A DNA stretch of 45,017 nt. It comes from Planctomycetota bacterium (GTDB taxonomy: Bacteria > Planctomycetota > Planctomycetia > Pirellulales > Lacipirellulaceae). Shown piece by piece: positions 36,860 to 45,017 of this stretch. The position numbers were made by a program, and so were the translations under genes. The stretch lies in assembly GCA_039190745.1 (NCBI GenBank), contig JBCCXZ010000027.1, positions 1 through 45,017 on the forward strand. The letters are read 5' to 3'. The notes beneath the pieces are model-generated. The model ran no database searches. It was not told where the DNA came from and worked only from the letters and a program-made list of their open reading frames with translations. Every line of letters starts with the position of its first letter. Within the stretch, counting starts at the first letter, position 1.

Positions 36860-37060
36860 GGAGGGGTTCCTTGGTAGGAGAGTCGTTTCTTCTGCGTTCC
36901 GCCCCGGGAAGAGGGTGGCGGCCCCCGGAAGCCTGCAGCGTGCCGCTCCGAGTCTACCGATGGCGAGCCCGGGGTTCAATCGGCGGAGGGCCCCGACGGA
37001 GGGCTCGTCGCGGCCAAAGATTGGGGCTTTTGCGGTTTCTCGCGATCAGGCAGATCGCCG

Positions 37061-38506
37061 CTACCGCCGACGCTTCTCGCCGAGCCGTTGGGCGAGGGCC
37101 GGTCCGTTCAATTGACCCTCGAAGACCGTCCACGCCGTGCCCTTGCTCCGCAGCTCGACGAGCTGCTTTTCGATCAGGCCCTGCCTCTGCTTGGCCTCGA
37201 GCGCTTCGCGGATCGAGGCCTGCGCCTCGGTGTAGGGGGTCCGCCCCGCTTCTTTCCGTTCCAGGACACGCACGATGTGGAAGCCCGTCTCGCCCTCGAT
37301 GACGTTGCTCATCTGGCCCACTTTCAGCGAGAACAGGGCCTTGTCGATCGCGACGCTCCGCATTGCCCCCTTCGTCGTCCATTTGTGCAGGCCGCCCTTC
37401 TTGGCGGTGAAGCCCTGCGAACGCGCTTGCGCGACCGAGCCGAAAGCCGGCCCCCGCAGGCCGGGGTTTTTGCGGACCGTGTCCCAAACCTCGTTGCCCA
37501 TCGAGCAGATCGCTTCGGCCGCCTCGCTCTTGTTGGCGAACTTGTCGAAGCGCACCATCAGCTCCTCCCAGCGCGCTTTAGCCGGGTAGTCGTAGTCGGT
37601 TACGTGCTCCCGGTAGTAGGCGAGCATCTCGTCGGCGGTCGCCGGCTTCGGCTTGGGGATCATCTGCCGCAGCCACTCGCCCGCGATTGTCCGTTCGATG
37701 AACTGCTGCCGGACGTCCGCCATCGACGAGCCGTGCTTCCGCAGATATTCGGCCAGCTCGCCCTCGTCGTCCAGGTCCAGTGCCTTTAGCAGCCGCGGAA
37801 CCTCGTGTTCCTGGAAGGGTTCCTGCAGGTTCTCCTTCACCGTGGGGATGTTCTCCGACGGCACGTTCCGCAGGAACTCGCCGTAGAGCAGCTTCGTGTC
37901 GAGCATCCCCATCACCTGCTTTTGCATGAGCACGGCCCGCAGCTTGTCTTCCTCGCCGGGTGGGATCTTATCGCGGTTGTCTTCGACGATCTGCTCGATC
38001 TGCCACTGCACGTCGCTGGCCAGGATGATGCTCCGCCCCACCCGGGCGATGATCGTCCCGCCCTCCATCGGCTTGGCTTCGGCCGTTGCACGCGCTGGCT
38101 GGTTCGGAGCCGCGCCGGGTAGACTCAATCCGGGGGGAGGAACCACCGCGGGAGCCCCAGCCGGCGCCCTGTTCCCGGAAGGCCCGAGCGCGGGCAACCC
38201 GCTGACCGGAGGGGTGAACGTCGCCGCGGGACGGGGCGAAGCGGTCGCCGGCGGTGCGAACACCTGCGCGGGTGAGGGTTCATACAGCCGGGGGTTGTAG
38301 ACGCCGCGCACTTTGCTTACCGCTGCGCTCGTCGGCAGAGCGGCGTTCGGGTCGGCTTCGGGCAGCGGCGGCGGCGCGAAGGCCGGTTGGCCCCAAGCAC
38401 ACGGTCCGGTCGCAAGAACCCCCGCTAGCCACGCCGCGATCCACACAACACGTGCGCTGGCAGTGCGGGTGCGCACGCGGTCGGGCTCTGGTGGCGATAG
38501 CAGCAT
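37061..38506 (-). CDS. Exported parvulin-type peptidylprolyl isomerase (SurA/PrsA-like)
   Basis: Signal region, Pro-rich linker, IIARVG, GGLHKW and FSLKVGQMSNVIEGETGFHIVRV. Confidence 0.82.
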   Translation of the reverse strand: MLLSPPEPDRVRTRTASARVVWIAAWLAGVLATGPCAWGQPAFAPPPLPEADPNAALPTSAAVSKVRGVYNPRLYEPSPAQVFAPPATASPRPAATFTPPVSGLPALGPSGNRAPAGAPAVVPPPGLSLPGAAPNQPARATAEAKPMEGGTIIARVGRSIILASDVQWQIEQIVEDNRDKIPPGEEDKLRAVLMQKQVMGMLDTKLLYGEFLRNVPSENIPTVKENLQEPFQEHEVPRLLKALDLDDEGELAEYLRKHGSSMADVRQQFIERTIAGEWLRQMIPKPKPATADEMLAYYREHVTDYDYPAKARWEELMVRFDKFANKSEAAEAICSMGNEVWDTVRKNPGLRGPAFGSVAQARSQGFTAKKGGLHKWTTKGAMRSVAIDKALFSLKVGQMSNVIEGETGFHIVRVLERKEAGRTPYTEAQASIREALEAKQRQGLIEKQLVELRSKGTAWTVFEGQLNGPALAQRLGEKRRR

Positions 38507-38551
38507 AGGGATCGACTGGGTGAAACGGCCGCGGAGAAGAGCGGCGGGAGT

Positions 38552-41500
38552 CTAGGAACCACCCGCCGCCGGCCGCAAGAGCGGTTTGAGCGCTGCGAGC
38601 ATCGCCCCGTAGTCTGTGCCGATCGTCTTGAGCGGCAGGTAGGCGCTCGAGGCGTCCGCCAGCCGTAACCGGCCGGCCGCCCGCTCCAAGACGCCGCGGA
38701 ACCGCCGCTCGTCGTGGAATTCCAGCACCAGGTACCCGCCCTCGACGCGGATGCCCGAGACCGCCCAACCGTGGGCCCACACCCGTAGGCGTGCTAGCTG
38801 CACCAATTCCACGACCGGCCCCGGCAGCGACCCGAACCGGTCTTCCAGCTCCGCGGCAAACTCGTCCAGCAGCGGCTCGTCCGGAACGCGGGCCAACCGG
38901 CGGTAGAGGTCGACCTTCGTCCGCCGGTCGCCGATGTACTCGTCGGGGAGGTACGCCTCGGCGGGGAGCTCGATCGCCACGTCGATCGATTCCTTGGGCG
39001 GCAGCTTCCGCAGTTCCCGCACGGCCCGCTCCAGCAGCGCGCAGTACAGCTCGTACCCCACCGTGGCGATGTGGCCGCTCTGCTGCGTGCCGAGGATGTT
39101 GCCCGCCCCGCGGAGCTCGAGGTCGCGCATCGCCAGCGCAAAGCCGGCGCCCATCTCGCTGAACTCCTCGATGGCCCGCAGCCGCCGCGCCGCCTCCGGC
39201 GTGAGCTGCCGGTCCGCCCCGATCAACAGGTAGCAGTAAGCCCGGTGCTTGTACCGCCCTACTCTGCCCCGCAGCTGGTGCAGGTCGGCCAGACCGTAGC
39301 GGTCGGAGTCGTCGATGAAAATCGTGTTCGCGTTGGGGATGTCCAAGCCGCTCTCGACGATCGTGGTCGCCAGCAGGATGTCGAAGTCGTGCCGCACAAA
39401 CCCCAGCATTACCTCTTCCAGCTCACGCTCGTTCATCTGGCCGTGGCCAATCGCCAGCGACGCCTCGGGCACGATCTGCTGCAGACGGTGCGCCACCTTC
39501 TGGATGTCGTGCACCCGGTTGTGGACGAAGTACACCTGACCGTCGCGGTTCAGCTCGCGGAGCACGGCGTGGCGGATCGTCTCTTCGTTGAACCGCGTGA
39601 GCCGCGTCTCGACTGCCACGCGGTCCTTGGGCGCCGTCTCGAGGTTCGAGATGCTCCGCACGCCCAAGAGCGAAAGGTGCAGCGTCCGCGGGATGGGCGT
39701 CGCGGTCATCGTGAGCACGTCGACGCTCGCCCGCAGCGCCTTCAGCCGTTCCTTGACCTGCACGCCGAACCGCTGCTCCTCGTCGATGACGATCAGGCCT
39801 AGGTTCTGAAACTCGACGTCCGGCGAGACCAGCCGGTGCGTGCCGATCACCAGATCGACCTTGCCCTCGGCGGCTTTCTTGAGCGTCTCCCGCGTCTGCT
39901 TGGTTGTCGAGAAGCGCGAGAGCGAGGCGATCTCGAACGGGAACTCCGCCATCCGCTCGCTGAACGTCCGCCGGTGCTGCTCGGCGAGCACCGTGGTCGG
40001 TACCAGCACGGCCACCTGGTAGCCCGCGTCGATCGCCTTGAACGCCGCCCGCATCGCCACCTCGGTCTTGCCGAAGCCGACGTCGCCGCAGAGCAGCCGG
40101 TCCATCGGCTTGGCGACGGTCATGTCTTCTTTGATGCCTTCGATCGCAGCCAACTGGTCGTCGGTTTCCTGGTAGGGGAACGCCGCGTCGAACTCCGCCT
40201 GCCACGGCGTATCCGCAGGGAACGCGATCCCCGGGCGCGACTCCCGGGCCGCCTGCAGCTCGAGCATCTCGGCCGCGAGGTCGGTCACCGCCCGCTCGGC
40301 GGCCTGCTTCTGCTTGGCCCAGGCCGCTCCGCCGATCTTCGCCAAGTTCGGCTTGGCCTTCCGGCCGCCGACGTACTTCTGCACCAGGTCGATCTTGCTG
40401 GTCGGCACATACACCCGCGTGCCGCCGAAGTACTCCAGCTCGAGGTGCTCCTCGGCGCCCGCTTCCTTTTGGATCAGCTTCAGCCCGCGGTACCGCCCGA
40501 TGCCGTGGGCCAGGTGCACCACCAGGTCGCCCTGCCGCAGCTCAAGAAAGCTGTCGATCGCCCGCCCGAGCTTGCGCTGCGAAGGCCGCTGGACTTCGCT
40601 GCGGTGGAACAACTCGGCGGCGCTGATCAGCACCGTCCCTTGGTCCGCCGCCCGGAATCCGCGGTCGAGTCGCCCCAGCGCCAGCCGCAGCCGGCCGCTC
40701 TCCGCGAGCTTCGACCCGGCGAACAGCTCGCCCAGCCGTTGGAGCTCGGCCTCGGTGTCGGCGACCAGGTAGACGCGGTCGTCGCCCGCGGCGGCTTCCA
40801 GCTCTTCGCGGACGCGTTGAACTTCGCCGCTGAACCTTTCGACCGACTCGAACCGCGCGTGCGCCACCGCCCCGGCTTCCACCGAAGGCACGCCCGCGAC
40901 CGTGACGTTGGTGAACTGCGTCAGCTCTTTCACCGTCGTGGCTACGCTCAGGCAGGCCGACGGGTCTTCCAGCCTGCTGAGGTAGTGCCGCCCCTGTTCG
41001 TCGATCTCCTGCGGCTCGACCAGCGCCACCCACGCCCCTTCCGGCAGATACGCCGTGGCGTGCGTCCGGTGCGAGACCCCCGGGCTCATCGCGGTCACCT
41101 CGATCACCGAAAGGCTCTCGATGCTCCGCTGCGTGGCGACGTCGAACACGCGGATCGATTCCAGCTCGTCGCCAAACAGCTCGAGCCGCACCGGGTGCTC
41201 GACGTCGGGCGCAAACACATCGATGATGCCGCCGCGGCGGGCGAATTCCCCGGGCAGCTCGACGGCCGTGGTGCTCTGGAAGCCGCCCTCGGCGAGCCAA
41301 ATACAGAACGCGTCGGCGTCCAGCGTCTGCTCGACCGCCAGCCGCCGCGTGGCGGCGGCCAAGTCGTCGCGGCTGGGGACGGGCTGCATCAGACTCTGGA
41401 TCGACGCCACGACCACAGCGTGCTCAGTCGAGGGGTCCTTGCCCGAAAGCCGCTTCAGCGCCCGCAGGCGCCCGCCGAACACCTCGTCCCGGGCGAGCCG

Positions 41501-41809
41501 TTCGCGGCCCTCGCTTTCCCAGGCCGGCAGGCGTACCACCGGCGCCCGGGTGAAGAGCCCCAGGTCGGATTCCAGGGCGTCGCACTCTTTCTCGCGCGCC
41601 GAGACCACCAGCAGCGGGTGCTCTGCCGACCGCAGGAGCGTGGCGACCGCGAGCGCGCACGACGAACCCCAGACACCGCCCACAGCGGCGGAGTGGCCCT
41701 CGCGGAGCCGCTCGACCACCTCGCGGAGCCCCGGCGACGCTTCGAGTTGAGCGGCCAGCGCGAGCAGTTCGTCAGAAACCGTGGCCCCGGCCGCTTGGGC
41801 CGTGCTCAT
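38552..41809 (-). CDS. mfd: Transcription-repair coupling factor
   Basis: UvrB-like GEFARRGGIIDVF, CarD-like GDLVVHLAHGIGRY, DRLLCGDVGFGKTEVA, DEEQRFGV, TATPIPRT, QLRGRVGR and DLELRGAGN. Confidence 0.96.
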   Translation of the reverse strand: MSTAQAAGATVSDELLALAAQLEASPGLREVVERLREGHSAAVGGVWGSSCALAVATLLRSAEHPLLVVSAREKECDALESDLGLFTRAPVVRLPAWESEGRERLARDEVFGGRLRALKRLSGKDPSTEHAVVVASIQSLMQPVPSRDDLAAATRRLAVEQTLDADAFCIWLAEGGFQSTTAVELPGEFARRGGIIDVFAPDVEHPVRLELFGDELESIRVFDVATQRSIESLSVIEVTAMSPGVSHRTHATAYLPEGAWVALVEPQEIDEQGRHYLSRLEDPSACLSVATTVKELTQFTNVTVAGVPSVEAGAVAHARFESVERFSGEVQRVREELEAAAGDDRVYLVADTEAELQRLGELFAGSKLAESGRLRLALGRLDRGFRAADQGTVLISAAELFHRSEVQRPSQRKLGRAIDSFLELRQGDLVVHLAHGIGRYRGLKLIQKEAGAEEHLELEYFGGTRVYVPTSKIDLVQKYVGGRKAKPNLAKIGGAAWAKQKQAAERAVTDLAAEMLELQAARESRPGIAFPADTPWQAEFDAAFPYQETDDQLAAIEGIKEDMTVAKPMDRLLCGDVGFGKTEVAMRAAFKAIDAGYQVAVLVPTTVLAEQHRRTFSERMAEFPFEIASLSRFSTTKQTRETLKKAAEGKVDLVIGTHRLVSPDVEFQNLGLIVIDEEQRFGVQVKERLKALRASVDVLTMTATPIPRTLHLSLLGVRSISNLETAPKDRVAVETRLTRFNEETIRHAVLRELNRDGQVYFVHNRVHDIQKVAHRLQQIVPEASLAIGHGQMNERELEEVMLGFVRHDFDILLATTIVESGLDIPNANTIFIDDSDRYGLADLHQLRGRVGRYKHRAYCYLLIGADRQLTPEAARRLRAIEEFSEMGAGFALAMRDLELRGAGNILGTQQSGHIATVGYELYCALLERAVRELRKLPPKESIDVAIELPAEAYLPDEYIGDRRTKVDLYRRLARVPDEPLLDEFAAELEDRFGSLPGPVVELVQLARLRVWAHGWAVSGIRVEGGYLVLEFHDERRFRGVLERAAGRLRLADASSAYLPLKTIGTDYGAMLAALKPLLRPAAGGS

Positions 41810-41867
41810 AGGTAGTGCCGCGATTCTACGCAGACTTGCCGGACTCACATAGTCCCGGCCAGCCCGT

Positions 41868-42182
41868 TCAAGGCTTCACCGTGAGGAATGCGACATTCTC
41901 TCGCGGGACCCAGTATTCGATGCCCGGCACGGTTTCCAGAACCACCCACTCGGAGTTCATCCGCACGAACCGCCCCTCGAAATCCTTGCCGGATGGGTCT
42001 TTGCAGATCACCCGGCAGTTAGCGCCCGCGGTGGGGGTCATCAGCTCACGGGCCCGCCGTTCGGTCCGCTCGGAATAGGTTTGCCAAGTGGTATAGCCGC
42101 TCCACGCCACCAAGCCGACCAAGGCCACGACTAGCGTGGTCCGCAACCGTGGGCGGAACCAGGAGCGGCGGGGTTCGATCAT
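41868..42182 (-). CDS. Small membrane-anchored hypothetical protein
   Basis: MIEPRRSWFRPRLRTTLVVALVGLVAW (Arg-rich segment plus TM) and a small beta domain. TACAAT lies 6 nt upstream of the ATG. Confidence 0.65.
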   Translation of the reverse strand: MIEPRRSWFRPRLRTTLVVALVGLVAWSGYTTWQTYSERTERRARELMTPTAGANCRVICKDPSGKDFEGRFVRMNSEWVVLETVPGIEYWVPRENVAFLTVKP

Positions 42183-42379
42183 GGCGCGATTGTAGCAGGC
42201 CCGTGCGGCAGCCCCGCAAAACCGCGCAGGCCCGCACCACCGGCGGCCAGGGCCCGGCACAGGCGGGGATCGCCGGCGACGGGTTGTGTGTCTCCAGGCC
42301 GGCGGGCCGATAGCTACGGATGGAGCCTTCCCGCCCCTCTTTCGCGGCGGGCCGAATCTCTAGGAAGGAGGACCGCACG

Positions 42380-42604
42380 ATGTGGCGTGCACTATTTCTA
42401 GCACTGGGCGCTTTCACGTGCCTTTTGGGCGTTCAGGCCCTCGCAATCGAGCGGGCCACTGTCAAGCAATCCGCCCCCGACAACCCCGGCGCCTATACCT
42501 ATAAGGAGGTTACCCTCCCCGATTGGGCGCCCTGGAGCCTGATGTCCGGCGGGGTCGTCGTGGTGCTCTACTCTTTTACGCTCCCCAAGAAAGTTGGCGG
42601 CTAG
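42380..42604 (+). CDS. Small two-TM membrane protein
   Basis: Strong AGGAGG RBS. MWRALFLALGAFTCLLG...PDWAPWSLMSGGVVVVLYSFTLP. Confidence 0.75.
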   Translation: MWRALFLALGAFTCLLGVQALAIERATVKQSAPDNPGAYTYKEVTLPDWAPWSLMSGGVVVVLYSFTLPKKVGG

Positions 42605-42880
42605 CCAGCATTTGTCGGTCGTTGGGTCGCTGGCGCGAACCCGCAACTGCGGCCCCGACTCCATCCCAGCGGAGCCGCCCGGGGGCCCTGCTCCCGTCTG
42701 GTTGTCATGAGGCCGCAAACGGCCTACCATGGAAAGGTTTAGGGCCGACCCGCAGGCCGCCGCAATAAGGCCCCAATGCGTTTTGGCGCCGACCGACGCG
42801 GCGTCGCCCACGCCCTCACTCCTCGCGACCTGCACCCGACGTTTATCGATCCACCCCCGCCGCTCACCGGAACCCAAGCC

Positions 42881-44650
42881 GTGGCAACCGCGATCCCTCC
42901 GAAGACCACCAACGAACTCACCTCCGGCGCCGACATCCTGGTCCAGTCCCTGGTTCGGCTGGGTGTCGACACGATCTTCGCCTACCCAGGCGGCGCGAGC
43001 ATGCCGCTGCACCAGGCGCTCACCCGCGTGAAGGACGAGCTGCGCACGATCCTGCCCCGCCACGAGCAGGGCGGCGGCTTCGCGGCCCAGGGCATCGCCC
43101 GCGCCACCGGCAAGGTCGGCGTCTGCATGGCCACCAGCGGCCCCGGCGCCACCAACCTCGTCACCGCCATCGCCGACGCCAAGCTCGACAGCATCCCGCT
43201 GCTCGCCATCACCGGCCAGGTGCCTACGAGTGCCATCGGCACCGACGCATTCCAAGAGACGCCCATCGTCGAGGTCTGCCGCGGCATCACCAAGCACCAC
43301 TACCTCGTGACCGACGTCAACGACGTCGCACGCGTCGTGAAAGAAGCGCACCTGATCGCCACCACCGGCCGCCCCGGCCCGGTGCTGATCGACGTGCCCA
43401 AAGACGTGCAGCTCGCCCAGTGCGTGCCCGACTTCGACGCCGATCTGAACCTGCCCGGCTACTCGTTCGACAAGCCGCACGCCAAGCCCGAACAAATCAA
43501 GCAGGCCGCTGCCGCGATCAAGCTCGCCAAGCGCCCGGTCATCTACGCCGGCGGCGGCATCATCCTGGCCGAGGCTCACGAAGAGCTCCGCGAGCTGGTC
43601 GAGAAGACCGGCATCCCCATCACCACCACCGTCATGGGCCTGGGCATCTTCCCAGGCTCCCACGAGCTCTCGCTCGACATGCTCGGCATGCACGGCTCGG
43701 TTTACGCCAACTACGCCGTCGACGAGGCCGACCTCCTGATCGCCCTCGGCGTGCGGTTCGACGACCGCGTCACCGGCAAGGTCGACGAATTCTGTAAGCA
43801 CGGCAAGATCATCCACATCGACGTCGACGCCTCGGAGCTGAACAAAAACAAGGAAGCCCACTTCCCCGTCTGCAGCGACGTGAAGTACGCCCTCGAAGAG
43901 CTGAACAAGATCGTCGAGCCCCCCGAGGACATCTCCGACTGGGTCACCCGCTGCAAAAAGTGGAAGCTCAAGCACCCGTTCTCGTTCGACGAGAGCTACC
44001 CCGGGATCACGCAGCAGCTCGCGATCCAGGAGATCTGGAAGCTCACCGCCGACCAGGACCCGGTCGTGGCCGGCGGCGTCGGCCAGCACCAGATGTGGGC
44101 AGCCCAGTTCTTCAAGTTCGAGAAGCCGCGGACCTGGCTCTCCAGCAGCGGCCTCGGCACGATGGGCTTTGGCCTGCCCGCCGCAATGGGCGTCCAGGCC
44201 GCCTTCCCCGACCGGCTGGTGATCGACATCGACGGCGACGGCAGCTTCCTGATGAACATCCAGGAGCTGGCCACCTGCGCCTGCGAGAAGCTCCCCGTGA
44301 AGGTGCTGCTCTTGAATAACCAGCACCTCGGCATGGTCGTGCAGTGGGAGGACCGCTTCATGGCCGGCAACCGGGCCCACACCTACCTCGGCCCCATCGA
44401 CAACCCCGAGGCGGTCGGCCAGGGAGACGGCATCGGCCCCGCGGACCGCTACCCCGACTTTGTCAGCATCGCCAAGGGTTTCGGTTGCGGCGCCGCCTAC
44501 GTGAAAGAGAAGGCCGATCTGATCCCAGCTATCGAAGAGATGCTCGCCTACGACGGGCCGTACGTGCTCGATGTCGAGACGCCGTACCAGGAGCATGTGC
44601 TCCCGATGATCCCCGGTGGCAAGACCGTCAAGGACATCATCATCCAGTAA
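42881..44650 (+). CDS. ilvB: Acetolactate synthase large subunit (biosynthetic)
   Basis: [29 protein letters not shown]-like [21 protein letters not shown], ThDP motif GDGSFLMN...NN and [10 protein letters not shown] start inferred. Confidence 0.95.
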   Translation: MATAIPPKTTNELTSGADILVQSLVRLGVDTIFAYPGGASMPLHQALTRVKDELRTILPRHEQGGGFAAQGIARATGKVGVCMATSGPGATNLVTAIADAKLDSIPLLAITGQVPTSAIGTDAFQETPIVEVCRGITKHHYLVTDVNDVARVVKEAHLIATTGRPGPVLIDVPKDVQLAQCVPDFDADLNLPGYSFDKPHAKPEQIKQAAAAIKLAKRPVIYAGGGIILAEAHEELRELVEKTGIPITTTVMGLGIFPGSHELSLDMLGMHGSVYANYAVDEADLLIALGVRFDDRVTGKVDEFCKHGKIIHIDVDASELNKNKEAHFPVCSDVKYALEELNKIVEPPEDISDWVTRCKKWKLKHPFSFDESYPGITQQLAIQEIWKLTADQDPVVAGGVGQHQMWAAQFFKFEKPRTWLSSSGLGTMGFGLPAAMGVQAAFPDRLVIDIDGDGSFLMNIQELATCACEKLPVKVLLLNNQHLGMVVQWEDRFMAGNRAHTYLGPIDNPEAVGQGDGIGPADRYPDFVSIAKGFGCGAAYVKEKADLIPAIEEMLAYDGPYVLDVETPYQEHVLPMIPGGKTVKDIIIQ

Positions 44651-44665
44651 GCTCTCTTGAAGACA

Positions 44666-44857
44666 GAGTCGATTGAAGCGAACGAGATAGGGAGATGTTG
44701 GGGACACAGAGGAGGTAAAGAAGAGGATTATAGGATTCCAGGAAAGTCCTAGTCAGCGTCCCCGAATTGCGTAACTGCTGGAATCCTCTCCCCTCTCTCC
44801 TTTTTTTATCCCCCGTCATCTCCTACATCCCCTCGTCTCCTTCTTCAGAATCGACTC
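44666..44857. repeat. Palindromic intergenic element (GGAGAT/GGGGAT outer arms)
   Basis: Terminal inverted pair GAGTCGATT / AATCGACTC and inner inverted pair AGGATTCCAG / CTGGAATCCT. The left arm is purine-rich and the right arm pyrimidine-rich, with GGAGATG/CATCTCC units. Confidence 0.72.
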
Positions 44858-44869
44858 AACCAGCGCACG

Positions 44870-44903
44870 AAAAAAGCCCGCCCGCAGAACCCTGCGGGCG
44901 GGC
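44870..44903 (-). terminator. Rho-independent terminator (possibly bidirectional)
   Basis: AAAAAA followed by the perfect 12-bp stem GCCCGCCCGCAG-AACC-CTGCGGGCGGGC. Confidence 0.85.
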
Positions 44904-44932
44904 GTTGTGTTTGGCTTGTTCGCAAGAAGAGA

Positions 44933-45016
44933 TCAGCTCTCGGTCGACACGTCCTCGTCTTCCGTGGGTTTATTATTTTTATTCTTCATAATCAGCTTGC
45001 GCACACGCACCGTCGG
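44933..45016 (-). CDS. C-terminal fragment of a gene entering from the right edge
   Basis: The minus frame reads PTVRVRKLIMKNKNNKPTEDEDVSTES* and ends 30 bp before the terminator. Confidence 0.55.
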   Translation of the reverse strand, partial: PTVRVRKLIMKNKNNKPTEDEDVSTES

Positions 45017-45017
45017 C

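Noticed and set aside
42605..42880. Possible ilvB leader-peptide attenuator
   Set aside because: There is no short ORF rich in Ile/Leu/Val followed by a terminator hairpin with a U-tract.
35324..44707. Long antisense ORFs (35324..36820, 39836..41815, 42398..44707)
   Set aside because: They are shadow frames opposite gltA, mfd and ilvB, as expected at high GC, and show no protein motifs.
1..45017. tRNA/rRNA genes, prophage, integrase, IS transposase or defence system
   Set aside because: No cloverleaf or rRNA-like sequence and no such protein motifs were seen. The MazG-like and DUF2130 genes lack a defence-island context.

Overview
GC-rich bacterial chromosome segment, very likely from a planctomycete of the Pirellulales/Lacipirellulaceae type. 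The lineage is inferred from DUF1559 and DUF1570 proteins, a PEP-CTERM protein with a dockerin-like DxDxDGDVD motif, and fae-mtd C1 genes. It holds about 38 CDSs. From left to right: a polyamine/GABA catabolic cluster (gabD-like, gabT, a second class III aminotransferase, a GNAT and an AguB-like nitrilase); a PEP-CTERM protein; DUF2130; a 1300-aa unknown protein; a PQQ-repeat protein; ATP-PFK; a divergent SDR + YghO-type GNAT pair resembling bacterial ceramide reductase/synthase, next to GT2 and GT-C-like genes; rimI; an operon of pseudo-receiver/KaiA-like protein, MazG-like protein, ATP-grasp ligase and phosphoesterase; larC; DUF1559; fae-mtd; DUF1570; an ABC exporter; gltA; a parvulin PPIase; mfd; and ilvB. 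I saw no rRNA, tRNA, CRISPR array, integrase or transposase. The most striking unexplained structure is a family of six 155-220 bp intergenic nested palindromes. They are built from interchangeable ~9-bp-period outer arms (CAGGAT, CGAAA or GGGGAT types) and, in several copies, a 10-bp-period CTAAT/ATTAG core. All protein assignments come from motif recognition by eye, without database searches. Several starts were moved downstream of the ORF-track starts.
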